From Salinispira sp. (GTDB lineage Bacteria > Spirochaetota > Spirochaetia > DSM-27196 > Salinispiraceae), in NCBI GenBank assembly GCA_965602015.1, contig OZ271918.1, positions 3,648,001 to 3,712,000 of the forward strand: a stretch of DNA of 64,000 nt, written 5' to 3'. Every line of letters begins with the position of its first letter. Within the stretch, counting starts at the first letter, position 1. The notes under the pieces were generated by a model. It searched no databases. It saw only the letters and a list, made by a program, of their open reading frames with translations, and was not told the origin of the DNA. Made by a program: the position numbers and the translations under genes. Shown piece by piece: positions 16,394 to 26,804 of this stretch.

Positions 16394-17431
16394 ATGAAGT
16401 CCTTCAGCGTATTAGATCTTCTCAATCTCAATCATCAGGAACAGGATTCCCTGCAGCTCCGCTGTATTGCCGGTCGGCAGGGCCTGACCAGGGAGATTAA
16501 AATACCGGATCTCAACCGGCCCGGCCTTGCCCTGAGCGGTTTTTTTGACAACTTCGCCTTCGAGCGGATACAGATTTTCGGCCGCGGAGAGCACGCATAT
16601 CTTCAAAAAATACACGATGAGGAAAACAACAGCGAGCTCATTGCCAACATCAGGACCCTGTTTAGGTCGGATATTCCCTGCGCGGTGTTTACCCATGATC
16701 TTGACCCGAGCCCCGAGCTGACGATGATCGCGAAAGACACCGGGACGCCGGTGCTCCAGACCGAGCTGGCCACATCCGAGTTCAGCACCCGGGTCATGAG
16801 GGCCTTAAGCAATATTTTCGCAAAGACCATTACCACCCACGGCGTTCTGGTGGAAGTGTTCGGAATCGGCATTTTTATCACCGGAGACTCGGGGGTCGGC
16901 AAGAGCGAAACCGCCCTCGAGCTCATTCACCGGGGCCACCGCATCGTCGCCGATGATTCCGTGGAAATTAAAAATGTCGCGGGCAATATTCTCATGGGTG
17001 GGGGAGCCAATCGGGCCCTTGGACACCATATGGAAATCCGCGGCTTGGGCATCATCAATATCAGCCATTTGTTCGGCGTCGGCGCCATCAGGGAAACCAA
17101 GCAGATTCAGCTGGTTGTAGAGCTGGAGCCCTGGGATTCGGAGAAAGAGTACGACCGCATCGGTGCGGAGGAGAAGAAACGGGAAATTCTGGGCATTAAG
17201 GTGCCGTATCACATCATACCGGTGAAACCCGGCAGGAATATCCCGATCATCATAGAAACCGCCGCTATGAATGAGCGCCTCAAGAAAATGGGGTATTATT
17301 CCGCAAAAGAGTTCAATCAGTCAGTCATGAAATGGCTGGAGAGCGAGAACGCCCGGAAACTCTACATGCATAAGAAAGAGATGTTGGACAAGCTTCAGGA
17401 ACCGAATCTCGAAGTCGACGACCGTCGGTAA
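16394..17431 (+). CDS. hprK: HPr kinase/phosphorylase
   Basis: NRPGLAL, GDSGVGKSE, VADD, EIRGLGII and PGRN motifs. Confidence 0.97.
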   Translation: MKSFSVLDLLNLNHQEQDSLQLRCIAGRQGLTREIKIPDLNRPGLALSGFFDNFAFERIQIFGRGEHAYLQKIHDEENNSELIANIRTLFRSDIPCAVFTHDLDPSPELTMIAKDTGTPVLQTELATSEFSTRVMRALSNIFAKTITTHGVLVEVFGIGIFITGDSGVGKSETALELIHRGHRIVADDSVEIKNVAGNILMGGGANRALGHHMEIRGLGIINISHLFGVGAIRETKQIQLVVELEPWDSEKEYDRIGAEEKKREILGIKVPYHIIPVKPGRNIPIIIETAAMNERLKKMGYYSAKEFNQSVMKWLESENARKLYMHKKEMLDKLQEPNLEVDDRR

Positions 17432-17496
17432 TATTGCGGCGCCTCTGAGGTGAGAAATTACTTTATCTCCAATACAATAAAGGATAAAATATCTAC

Positions 17497-17763
17497 ATGA
17501 CAGAAAAGCTGATTACGGTAAAAAACCGCGCGGGAATACATGCCAGGCCGGCCGCCATGATTGTACAGACCGCCGGGCAGTTCGATTCCCGAATATACTT
17601 TAAAAAAGATAATGAAGAGATCAATGCGAAATCCATTATGGGGGTCATCACCCTCGGCGCAGCGTACAATACTGAAATAATAATTTCCGCGGACGGTGAT
17701 GATGAGCAGGATGCGGTGGAGGCCATTACCCGGCTATTCGAGAGCCGTTTTGAAGAGGAGTGA
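17497..17763 (+). CDS. ptsH: Phosphocarrier protein HPr
   Basis: GIHARPA (His15) and NAKSIMGV (Ser46). Confidence 0.96.
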   Translation: MTEKLITVKNRAGIHARPAAMIVQTAGQFDSRIYFKKDNEEINAKSIMGVITLGAAYNTEIIISADGDDEQDAVEAITRLFESRFEEE

Positions 17764-18376
17764 CACCATCTTCTTTTTACGTTCCGGACGCCGCCGAGGA
17801 GCCATTTGCCCGGCGGTTTTTTTATGCCTGATCCCCGCCCTCATTGCTCTGGGGTCCTGTGTTCCGGCTCCGGAAACCGCCCCGCTGAATATTATGGTCA
17901 CGCCCATGCCCGGGAGAGGGGGCGTTGAGCTCCTGGCTCTCTGGGAGGGGCTTGGGGAACTGGCCGGAGAAGTCGGCCCCGAAGGACTCTTGAATTATCA
18001 GCTCGAATACCAGATCATTCTCCGAAACCGTGAGATTTTTGCCGGGCGGAAGAGCATGGGATATAGCGCGGAAATCGGCTATGATCCATTTAATAAGGTG
18101 TATTATCTGCTGGGGCCTGGCGAACAGCGTATAGTAAGCGAGGACCCTGAGCGCTTTGCCCGGGCACTTGCCCAACCGATGGTATTGACGGTTCCCGCAG
18201 CCGAGCTGACAGAATTGGGATGGGGGACCTTTGAGATCACCCTTGAGATCCGCAGTCATCATCGGGCATCCGACCCGGCTTTCGGACGTTGGCTGGTGCT
18301 GTTCAGCAACTATCGCCGGCGGGCATCCGGGGAGACCGAGTTTCCCTGGCTTCCCGCGGAGGGGAATGAATTGTGA
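17750..18376 (+). CDS. Putative lipoprotein upstream of NtrY-like kinase (possibly NtrZ/DUF4390-like)
   Basis: Hydrophobic stretch with LGSC lipobox. Overlaps kinase start. Start uncertain (TTG 17750; ORF track 17696). Confidence 0.55.
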   Translation: MKRSDTIFFLRSGRRRGAICPAVFLCLIPALIALGSCVPAPETAPLNIMVTPMPGRGGVELLALWEGLGELAGEVGPEGLLNYQLEYQIILRNREIFAGRKSMGYSAEIGYDPFNKVYYLLGPGEQRIVSEDPERFARALAQPMVLTVPAAELTELGWGTFEITLEIRSHHRASDPAFGRWLVLFSNYRRRASGETEFPWLPAEGNEL

Positions 18377-20133
18377 TCCAGAAATCGGCGAACAGCAGCC
18401 TGAGCAGTCTTATCAGTATCATATTTTTCTACTTTTTCCTGATCATACTTCTGGTTTTGTTTGCATCTCAGGTGCTTAATCGGGAGGCCGGGGAAGACAG
18501 CATATACGTGGTGATCCTCTGGTTCACCGCACTGATGGTGCCCATTGTCCTGCTTTTTAGCATCGTTTCCAATATTCTCCGGCTTCTGCGGGAGCGCCAC
18601 CGACGTACCCCGGGGGTGATGCTCAAGTCCAGGCTGGTTCTGTACTTCCTGTTGATAGTCCTTCTCTCTGCAGTTCCCCAGGGAATACTCAGCCTGAGCT
18701 TCATCCGGGTTATCGGCGATACCTGGTTTAATGACGAGATCGGCCAGGGTTTGCAGAACAGCCTGGATATTTCTGTCAGTGTCCAGCAGACTATGGTGGA
18801 CGATTTGAGGGATTTTATTTTTAATCCCCTTTTCGACAGCATCAGCCAGCGAGCGGCGGAAAATCCCGGTCGGTTTTTTACCCAACTGCAGCAAATACGG
18901 CCGTCGGTAGATGCGGTGCAGCTTTTTACCCGGGAAGGAGATGAGCTGTTTTTCGGGGGGGATGGATCCGCCCGGGTGGATTACGCCGATATTCTTCAAA
19001 GCCCCGACGGCCTGGTAATCCGGGATATCCGCGGTGACCGAAGCTATATCCGCATCAGAAGAAGCGTGAGCAGCGGCGGACAGGATGTCATTGCGGTACT
19101 CATGGAACAGCTGCCGGAGGGTTTCGGGCAGAAGACCCTGGAAATAGTGGCCGCCCTTAATCTCTTTACCCAGTACCGGGATATAAAAAACCTTTTGTAT
19201 ACCGGTATTCTGGTTTTTTACGGCGTGTTTTCACTTCCCCTGGTGTTCCTGGCAATTCTCACGGCATTTTATCTGAGCGATCTCCTCATTCAGCCCATTG
19301 CCAATCTTGAAGACGCAACCCGGCGGGTGGCCGAGGGGGATTTCGGCTTTCGGATACTTACCAGGTCGCGGGAGGAGCTGGGGCATCTTGTGGAATCCTT
19401 CAACAGCATGATTGCCGAACTTGAACGGTCCCGGAGCCAACTCCTGCAGAGCGAACGGGTATCGGCCTGGAAGGATATTGCCCAGCGTCTCGCCCATGAG
19501 ATAAAGAACCCCCTGACTCCCATCAAGCTTTCCGCTGAACGGCTCATCCGCAAGTACGAGCGGGAGAGCACCGATTTTCCCTCGGTTCTGGAAGGCAGCG
19601 TGCGGACAATTACCCGGGAGGTGGATCACCTCGCCGGGCTTCTCACCGAGTTCCGGGATTTCGCCAGACTTCCCTTTCCCCAGCCTCGTCAGGTGTCATT
19701 GGGTCTGATCATTGAGGACGCCCTGGAAATCCATCGTCGGCCGAATGTTGAAATAACCATGGAAAACATTGATGAGAACACCATGGTATTTGTCGATCCC
19801 GCGCAGTTCCGCCAGGTCCTGGGGAATCTCGTCAAAAATTCCGTGGAAGCCATCGGCGATAATCCCGGGGATATCCATTTCGAGAGCCGGGTGCTCAGTT
19901 CAGCCGGAAAGAAATTTCAGCGGATCAGCATCCAGGACAACGGGGTGGGGATGTCGGCGGAAAGGGCGAAGGAAATTTTTAATCCGTATTTCACCACAAA
20001 GGACAACGGTACTGGTCTGGGGCTTGCCATAGTGCAAAGAATTATTCAGGATCATAGCGGAGAAATATGGGTTGAAAGCGAGCCCGGGCAGGGCTGCCGC
20101 TTTTACATCGATCTGCCCCTCATGGAGGCTTGA
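18373..20133 (+). CDS. NtrY-like membrane sensor histidine kinase
   Basis: Multiple TM helices, HAMP domain, AWKDIAQRLAHEIKNPLTPI H-box, N/G1/F/G2 boxes. Confidence 0.9.
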   Translation: MIQKSANSSLSSLISIIFFYFFLIILLVLFASQVLNREAGEDSIYVVILWFTALMVPIVLLFSIVSNILRLLRERHRRTPGVMLKSRLVLYFLLIVLLSAVPQGILSLSFIRVIGDTWFNDEIGQGLQNSLDISVSVQQTMVDDLRDFIFNPLFDSISQRAAENPGRFFTQLQQIRPSVDAVQLFTREGDELFFGGDGSARVDYADILQSPDGLVIRDIRGDRSYIRIRRSVSSGGQDVIAVLMEQLPEGFGQKTLEIVAALNLFTQYRDIKNLLYTGILVFYGVFSLPLVFLAILTAFYLSDLLIQPIANLEDATRRVAEGDFGFRILTRSREELGHLVESFNSMIAELERSRSQLLQSERVSAWKDIAQRLAHEIKNPLTPIKLSAERLIRKYERESTDFPSVLEGSVRTITREVDHLAGLLTEFRDFARLPFPQPRQVSLGLIIEDALEIHRRPNVEITMENIDENTMVFVDPAQFRQVLGNLVKNSVEAIGDNPGDIHFESRVLSSAGKKFQRISIQDNGVGMSAERAKEIFNPYFTTKDNGTGLGLAIVQRIIQDHSGEIWVESEPGQGCRFYIDLPLMEA

Positions 20134-21494
20134 TGCAGAGCATTCTGGTCATTGACGACGAGCAGGGCATCCGCGAAGTTCTCAGCGACATTCTCGTGGA
20201 TGAGGGATACCGGGTTCTGAGTGCAGCGGACGGGTATCAGGGTCTTGAAATGCTGAAGACCGAGCCCGTTGATCTTGTATTTCTCGATATCTGGCTGCCG
20301 GGGATCGGCGGCATTGAGGTGCTTCAAAAGATCAAGGATGAGTTTCCCGGCATCGAAGTCGTCGTAATAAGCGGCCATGCCAATATCGAAATGGCGGTGC
20401 GGGCTGTGAAACTCGGGGCCTACGACCTCCTTGAGAAACCCCTCAGCATGGATCGAATACTCCTCCAATGTCGCAACATTTTTGAGCTCGAGAAGCTGCG
20501 CCGGGAAAACAAGGTTCTCAAGGCTCAGCTCGGCGGGGAATGGGAGATGATCGGCGAAAGCCCGGGCCTCCAGGCGGTTCGCACCCGCATAGAACAGGCG
20601 GCGGGAAGCGATGCAACGGTTCTGATAACCGGGGAAAACGGAACAGGCAAGGAGCTTGCAGCCCGGGCTGTTCATCAGGGCAGCTCACGGAGGGGCAAGC
20701 CCTTCGTGGCGGTAAATTGCGCCGCCATACCCGACAACCTCATCGAAAGCGAGCTTTTTGGTCATGAAAAAGGCGCCTTCACCGGGGCCGTCGGCCGAAG
20801 GAAGGGAAAATTCGAGCTGGCTCACGGCGGAACCATCTTCCTGGACGAAATTGCCGATCTCTCCCTGCCGGCTCAGGCCAAAATCCTCCGCACAATACAG
20901 GAGCGGGTTATCGAGCGGCTCGGCGGTGAGGACAGCATTGCCGTTGACGTTCGCATTATTTCGGCGACAAATAAGGATATGAAGGCCATGATCGCCGACG
21001 GCAGCTTCAGGGAAGACCTGTATTACCGACTGCATGTCGTTCCGCTGGAAATGCCCCCGCTGCGCGAGCGCGGAAATGATCTCATTCTTCTCGCGAAACA
21101 CTTCCTGGTATTATTCGGCGCTGAGGATCGGGAGTTCGACGACGGGGCGATTAAAGCCCTGATCTCCTATCCCTGGCCGGGCAACATCAGGCAATTCCGG
21201 AATGTTATACAGCGCATTACCGTAATGGGAGACGACGGGATAATCGGGGCCGAGGCGGTGGAAGTGGCGCTTCGGGGAGAAATGCGGCTTTCGCCGGAAA
21301 CCGGAAATCCCTTGCTGGAGGACTTCGCACAAATGTCCCTCAGCGAGGCAAAAGATTCCTTTGAACGCCAGCTGATCCTTCAAAAACTTGAAGAGTCCGG
21401 TTATAATATCACCAAGGCCGCACAACTGCTGGGCATCTATCCGTCTAACCTCCATAATAAAATACGAAAGTTCGGCATAGATATGAAAAAATGA
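20130..21494 (+). CDS. NtrX-like sigma54-interacting response regulator
   Basis: REC (LDIWLP), GENGTGKE, intact GAFTGA, C-terminal HTH. Confidence 0.93.
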   Translation: MMQSILVIDDEQGIREVLSDILVDEGYRVLSAADGYQGLEMLKTEPVDLVFLDIWLPGIGGIEVLQKIKDEFPGIEVVVISGHANIEMAVRAVKLGAYDLLEKPLSMDRILLQCRNIFELEKLRRENKVLKAQLGGEWEMIGESPGLQAVRTRIEQAAGSDATVLITGENGTGKELAARAVHQGSSRRGKPFVAVNCAAIPDNLIESELFGHEKGAFTGAVGRRKGKFELAHGGTIFLDEIADLSLPAQAKILRTIQERVIERLGGEDSIAVDVRIISATNKDMKAMIADGSFREDLYYRLHVVPLEMPPLRERGNDLILLAKHFLVLFGAEDREFDDGAIKALISYPWPGNIRQFRNVIQRITVMGDDGIIGAEAVEVALRGEMRLSPETGNPLLEDFAQMSLSEAKDSFERQLILQKLEESGYNITKAAQLLGIYPSNLHNKIRKFGIDMKK

Positions 21495-22093
21495 AAGGCT
21501 TAACAAAGCGACAGACCGAGGTTCTCAGTTTCATCAAGGGATATATCAAGGAGCATAAATTCCCGCCCACCGTGCGGGAGATTTCCGAAAATTTCTCAAT
21601 CTCAGTTCGCGGTGCCTATGATCACATCAAGGCCCTCGAGAAAAAACAGGTCCTTCGATGCGACAACATGCGCAGCCGGGCTATGGAAGTTATTGACGGA
21701 GCCCAGGACGATGAGGAGCTTTTGAGCAAGATTCCGATTCTGGGAACCGTTGCGGCGGGGAAGCCCATCAGTTCCGAAGAAAACTACGAAGGCTTTGTGA
21801 CCATGCCCCGCGATCTCATAAAGGGCAGCCGACACTTTGCGGTTCATGTCCGAGGAGACAGCATGATCGACGCCGGCATTATGGAGGGGGATCTTGCCAT
21901 CGTCCAGGAACAGAGCACCGCGGAAAACGGTGAAATCGTCGTGGCCATGATGGACGAGGCTGTCACGCTCAAGCGGTTTTACCGGGAGGCCAACCGGATA
22001 CGGCTTCAGTCGGAAAACCGGAAATACCCCCCGATTTATACCCGTGATCTGAGAATTCTCGGAACCCTTGCTCATATTATCCGCAGCTATTAA
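21491..22093 (+). CDS. lexA: SOS repressor LexA
   Basis: PPTVREI wHTH, VAAG cleavage site, GDSM (Ser) and TLKR (Lys). Confidence 0.95.
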   Translation: MKGLTKRQTEVLSFIKGYIKEHKFPPTVREISENFSISVRGAYDHIKALEKKQVLRCDNMRSRAMEVIDGAQDDEELLSKIPILGTVAAGKPISSEENYEGFVTMPRDLIKGSRHFAVHVRGDSMIDAGIMEGDLAIVQEQSTAENGEIVVAMMDEAVTLKRFYREANRIRLQSENRKYPPIYTRDLRILGTLAHIIRSY

Positions 22094-22105
22094 GATTCCC
22101 CAACT

Positions 22106-23140
22106 ATGAATCCAGTCTATGTGCTATACGGCCCGGAGTCCGGCGAGCGAATAAAAGCCATTGCCGCAATCCGCGACCAGCTCGCCTCAATCCACGGCGA
22201 CGGCCTCGAGGAAGTAAAATACTACGGAGGGGAAGATAGCCCGGGGAAAATCATTTCCGCCCTCAGCAACGGCGCCCTCTTCGCAAGCCACAGCCTGGCC
22301 GTGGTGGTCAATGCCGAGGCCATCACCAAAAAATCGGACATCAAACAGTTCGCCGACTACCTCGCCCGCAGGAATCCCGCTGTAACCCTGGTATTCACCA
22401 GCGAGGAAAGCCGGCTCGAAAAATCCCTCGTCAATCTCGCCGAGGAAAAAGCCCGGAAGATTTTCTGGGAGCTGTTCGAAAACCAGAAGGAAGGCTGGGT
22501 AGTCAGCTACCTCCGCAAGCGCGATGCGATCATCACCCCCGAAGCCCTGGAGCTCTTTCTTTCTCTGGTCGAGAACAACACCCAGGAAATGGGGCAGGAG
22601 CTGGAAAAGATTCTTCTGTTGGCCCCCGAGGGGCAGGAGCGCTTTACAATCGGGGAAGACCTGGTGGAAAACTATATCTACCACTCCAAGGAAGAAACGG
22701 TATACAGCCTTTTTGCGGCCTATGCCCGTCGGGACTTCACCGCAGCCCTCGAAATTCTTCAGAAGCTCAGGGGAGCAAAATCCGGCGAAGAAACGGGAAT
22801 CCTCATACGCATGGGTTTTCAGCTGCGGCAGCTCGCCAGCCTCAGCGCCATTCGCGATCAGCGCCCGGTGCAAAACAGCGATTATGTAAAATTAAAAATC
22901 TTCGGCAAAATCAACCAACGTCGATATGCCGAACTGCTTCCCGTGCTGGACAGCGCGGCTATCCGCGGGCACCTGGCGTCCTGCGGGGAGTTCGAGATGG
23001 AGCTTCGCCGGCAAAAATCCGCTATGCACTCCCACATTATTCAGCTTTGGCTGTATTCCCTGTTTTATCCGGTGAGAGGACGTCTTTCGGGGAAAACGGA
23101 CCGGCGACTATTCACCGTCAATTCCGACCGCTTTGTATAG
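22106..23140 (+). CDS. holA: DNA polymerase III delta subunit
   Basis: PVYVLYGPE start, QELEKI motif, size and position after lexA. Confidence 0.85.
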   Translation: MNPVYVLYGPESGERIKAIAAIRDQLASIHGDGLEEVKYYGGEDSPGKIISALSNGALFASHSLAVVVNAEAITKKSDIKQFADYLARRNPAVTLVFTSEESRLEKSLVNLAEEKARKIFWELFENQKEGWVVSYLRKRDAIITPEALELFLSLVENNTQEMGQELEKILLLAPEGQERFTIGEDLVENYIYHSKEETVYSLFAAYARRDFTAALEILQKLRGAKSGEETGILIRMGFQLRQLASLSAIRDQRPVQNSDYVKLKIFGKINQRRYAELLPVLDSAAIRGHLASCGEFEMELRRQKSAMHSHIIQLWLYSLFYPVRGRLSGKTDRRLFTVNSDRFV

Positions 23141-23284
23141 CCCGCAGGCGGCGGGCTTTTCCGGCCTTCCGGGGATATTTGGTGCCCCCAAAACAGCTGA
23201 TTTCGGAACACTAATCCCGCGCGTGTACCGGCGTCTTCCCCGGTCCTGCGGGTTTTGCGCTCCCTTTTTGTGATCTGCGAAGTC

Positions 23285-25186
23285 CTATGGTGCCGAGTCC
23301 TGGTCCGCCGAGGGCTGCCCTGCCGAGTCCTGGTCCGCCGAGGGCTGCCCTGCCGAGTCCTGGTCCGCCGAGCCTTGATCCGTAAAATACTCCACAAATG
23401 CCTCGGCGAGTTGGAGGGGTATTCCCGTGCGCTGCTGAATTTCCTTTGGACCAGCTTCCAAGGCCTTATCATAGCTGCTGAACTCCGCAAGAAGCTGCTG
23501 GCTCCTGCGGGGGCCGAATCCCGGTATCTCCAGGATTTGGAGATCCAGGTCGCGGTTGCGCTGTTTTTGATTGAGGGTGGTGCCGAAGCGGTGGGCTTCA
23601 TCTCTGACGGCCTGAAGAACCCGAAGTGCCGGAGTGCCCGGAGGCAGTAACAGACCCTGGCTTTGTCCGGGCAGGAAAATCTCCTCTTCGCGCTTGGCAA
23701 GTCCGAGGATGGGCTGGCCGCGCAGACCGAGGGATTCCAGGATTGCGCAAGCCGCATTGAGCTGCCCTTTTCCGCCGTCTATCAGTATCAGATCCGGCAT
23801 ATCTTTTTTCTCATTGACGATCCTGCTGTATCGTCGTGCCATGGCTTCCCGCATCGCCTCGTAATCGTCTATTTTCCCCTTGAGGCTTTTGATATTGAAA
23901 TAGCGATATTCCTGTTTGTCCGGAACCCCGTTGCGGAAGCTTACCAGGGCTGCGACGGTGAATTTTCCCTGCAGCTGGGCAATGTCGAAGCCCTCAATCC
24001 GACGGGGAAGCTTCGGAAGTCGCAGCACCTTTTTCAGCTCCGCTATGCCCTCTTCATCGCCGATTTCCCTGGCCCGCTTGAAGCTGTCCTGACGGGCGTT
24101 TTCCTCGGCCATGGTCAGAAGGCTGGCGTCACGGGAGGATTCGGGCTTGACGATGGCAATTTCCCTCGGCTTTTCGTTTTCATCCTTCCGATCAAGTTCT
24201 TCCGTCAGGAAGCGTTCCAGGGACTGCCGGTCGACGGACCCGGGTTTGAGGAATATTTTGGCGGGGAGCTTCCGGTATTCCTGATAGTAACGGATGATAA
24301 ACTGCTCGAGATTATCCGCCGGCTCGCTGCTGGAAAAGCTCCTGCTCCGGAATATATCGGTTCCGACCAGTCGGCCCTGCCGCATCTGGAAGACTACAAA
24401 TGAAATCAGACCTTCATGCTCGTGGCTGGCAATGTAATCCCGGCTTTCAGGGTCGAAGTCATTAACCAGCTGATTGTTTTCTATGGTTTCAACGGCGTAC
24501 AAATTGTCTCTCAGACCGGCTGCTTTTTCGTATTCCTGCTTTTGGGACGCTTCGAGCATTCTCGATTGAATGTCTTTTTTAAGTTCCTCTGGGGGTTCGC
24601 TGAGCAGCTTTGATATTTCCTCCGCCCGTTTTGCATAGTCGGATTGGGAAATCAGGCCGGCGCAGGGCCCAGGGCATTTTCCTATGTGATAATAGAGGCA
24701 GGGGTGCTCCCGCTTTTTTAATGTGCCCTTGCACTTGCGAAGGGGAAACAGGTTGTCTACGAGTTCGAGATAGGTGTCTATTGCTTTGACGTCGGCGTAG
24801 GGGCCGAAATAACGGGAACCGTCCTGAATTATTCGCCTCGTTCGGAAGATCCGGGGGTATTCATCGTTGGTGATCCTGATAACCGGGTAAGTCTTCCCGT
24901 CCTTAAGATTGATGTTATATCGCGGGTTATGCTCTTTGATCAGGTTGTTTTCCAGGATCAGGGCCTCGTACTCATTGTCCGTCACGACGAAGTCGATGCT
25001 CCTGATTTTTGTCACCAGGGTGCTGGTCTTAACATCCCTGCCGGAGAGGAAATAGGACCGCACCCTGTTGCGAAGGCGTTTGGCTTTGCCGACGTATATT
25101 ATTTCTCCGTCGGCATTCTTCATGAGATAGACACCTGGTGCATCGGGAAAATCCGAAATGCTGTTTTTGATCTCCTGGAGATTCAA
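23285..25186 (-). CDS. uvrC: Excinuclease ABC subunit C
   Basis: GIY-YIG (PGVYLM...IYVGKAK), Cys-rich region, RIEGFDI, LIDGGKGQL, RDEAHRF, HhH. Confidence 0.97.
   Translation of the reverse strand: MNLQEIKNSISDFPDAPGVYLMKNADGEIIYVGKAKRLRNRVRSYFLSGRDVKTSTLVTKIRSIDFVVTDNEYEALILENNLIKEHNPRYNINLKDGKTYPVIRITNDEYPRIFRTRRIIQDGSRYFGPYADVKAIDTYLELVDNLFPLRKCKGTLKKREHPCLYYHIGKCPGPCAGLISQSDYAKRAEEISKLLSEPPEELKKDIQSRMLEASQKQEYEKAAGLRDNLYAVETIENNQLVNDFDPESRDYIASHEHEGLISFVVFQMRQGRLVGTDIFRSRSFSSSEPADNLEQFIIRYYQEYRKLPAKIFLKPGSVDRQSLERFLTEELDRKDENEKPREIAIVKPESSRDASLLTMAEENARQDSFKRAREIGDEEGIAELKKVLRLPKLPRRIEGFDIAQLQGKFTVAALVSFRNGVPDKQEYRYFNIKSLKGKIDDYEAMREAMARRYSRIVNEKKDMPDLILIDGGKGQLNAACAILESLGLRGQPILGLAKREEEIFLPGQSQGLLLPPGTPALRVLQAVRDEAHRFGTTLNQKQRNRDLDLQILEIPGFGPRRSQQLLAEFSSYDKALEAGPKEIQQRTGIPLQLAEAFVEYFTDQGSADQDSAGQPSADQDSAGQPSADQDSAP
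23291..23372. repeat. 30-bp tandem repeat (~2.7 copies) in uvrC 3' end
   Basis: Unit tgccgagtcctggtccgccgagggctgccc, encoding SADQDSAGQP. Confidence 0.92.
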
Positions 25187-25247
25187 TTTTACTTATGACT
25201 CCTTCTGCCGATATATAAGGTACAGAACTATGCCCGGAAAAAAAAGC

Positions 25248-26804
25248 ATGCGATACAGACTCATCACTATCTTATTTGCCTTCATTGCCGTCAGCTCGGA
25301 CGTCTATGCCCTGGATTACCAGGCAATCGTTGCGCCGGCGGAACAGCTGCTCGAGGAATTTTCTTCCGGCGTCCAGATCGTGCCGGGACTTTGGGAGCAA
25401 AATGCCCTCGCCCTCGCGGACAGCGAATATCTGCCCGATGAACACACCGAATTGCTGCTTAATTTTAATGGAAATACCGTCGGCGAACTCATGGAAAGCG
25501 GCGCTCTGTACGGGGTGGCAGCCTCCGGTGCGCGGATACAGCAGATGGAGCGCTACCGGGGATCCGGCTCGGCAATGGTTTTGCCGGGAAGGGGTATCGA
25601 CCTGATTGCCGGACAGGGGAGTATGTTTTATCCGGGCACAGCGTGGAATGATTTTTCCATGGAATTCTGGATATATCCCGCAGGCTTCCGCGACGGTGAA
25701 ACAGTTTTTTCCTGGAATGGTACCAGCTGGCTGGGCGAAGAGCCCGTCCTGCAGGAAATCAGGGTATCTGCCCGACGGGGAAGATTGACCTGGGAGTTTG
25801 ATGACTTTTTTATCCGGCTCGGTCTTGTTCCGGAGCAGGGGGTTTCAGTGTTAAGCAGCACTGTGAGCCTCGAGAGCCGTAGAGAAATATTGCCGAGAAC
25901 CTGGAGTCATCATTTGGTGCGCTATGACAGCTCCAGCGGAGCCCTGGAATATCTCATCGACGGGATCAGTGAGGCGATCACCTACGTCAGCGACACTGGC
26001 CGAGAGGGTGGGGAGCCGCTGTTACCCTATGTGGGGGATGAGTCGGAAAATCGAATTCGAATAGCCCCTAATTTCCACGGGTTTGTCGATGAGTTTCGAA
26101 TTCAACGGGAGTGGGTCAGCGAGCCGACCCTCGAAATTGCAGAGGATAGTCCGGGGATAGCCCTTGTGGGACCGGTAGACCTGGGAGATGACAGTGTGCG
26201 GATAACCGGGTTTTCAGCGGAGTTCCGGACTCCCGGAAACACAGACTTGAGGTTTTCGATTATGCAACGGGATGCCTATTCCCCAATCAGCGCCGATCAG
26301 ATTACTGATGACCGTTTTTGGTCCTTCGTCGAGCCTGGGTCGATTGACCCTCAGCTTTCAGGCAATGCATCCGGCAGGTACGTATATATGAGGGTGGAAT
26401 TCCTCCCCGACGGCAGTGATGCGAACATTCCGCTGCTTCAAACTGTCAGGCTCAGCTACCGTCGTCAGCCTGCGCCGCCGGCCCCGGCGGCTATTCGCAG
26501 CGTCGCGGGTAACAGTTCGGTATTTCTCAGTTGGAGCGATATTCCCAGTGCTCCCGTAGAGGGCTATCTCCTGTACTACGGCGACAGTCCGGGCCAGTAC
26601 TTCGGTACTGATTCGGACCTCGGCCCTAGTCCCGTTGATTTGGGTAATGTGAGATTTGCTGACGTGACCGGCCTCGAAAACGGCAAAATGTATTATTTTC
26701 GTATAGCAAGCTATAATAACTACAACAGTCCGCAAAGCGGTCTGTATAAAGAGCGAAATATCAGCAGGGAGGTTTTCGCGCGACCGTCGCGAACTCTGGA
26801 ATGA
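25248..26804 (+). CDS. Secreted protein with LamG/ConA-like and fibronectin type III domains
   Basis: Signal peptide MRYRLITIL. LamG pattern FSMEFWIYP, WSHHLVRY, FHGFVDEFRI. FN3 pattern LSW...GY...GLENGKMYYFRIASYN. Confidence 0.75.
   Translation: MRYRLITILFAFIAVSSDVYALDYQAIVAPAEQLLEEFSSGVQIVPGLWEQNALALADSEYLPDEHTELLLNFNGNTVGELMESGALYGVAASGARIQQMERYRGSGSAMVLPGRGIDLIAGQGSMFYPGTAWNDFSMEFWIYPAGFRDGETVFSWNGTSWLGEEPVLQEIRVSARRGRLTWEFDDFFIRLGLVPEQGVSVLSSTVSLESRREILPRTWSHHLVRYDSSSGALEYLIDGISEAITYVSDTGREGGEPLLPYVGDESENRIRIAPNFHGFVDEFRIQREWVSEPTLEIAEDSPGIALVGPVDLGDDSVRITGFSAEFRTPGNTDLRFSIMQRDAYSPISADQITDDRFWSFVEPGSIDPQLSGNASGRYVYMRVEFLPDGSDANIPLLQTVRLSYRRQPAPPAPAAIRSVAGNSSVFLSWSDIPSAPVEGYLLYYGDSPGQYFGTDSDLGPSPVDLGNVRFADVTGLENGKMYYFRIASYNNYNSPQSGLYKERNISREVFARPSRTLE

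Noticed and set aside
25187..25247. LexA box upstream of uvrC
   Set aside because: No convincing palindrome found and the box for this lineage is unknown to me.
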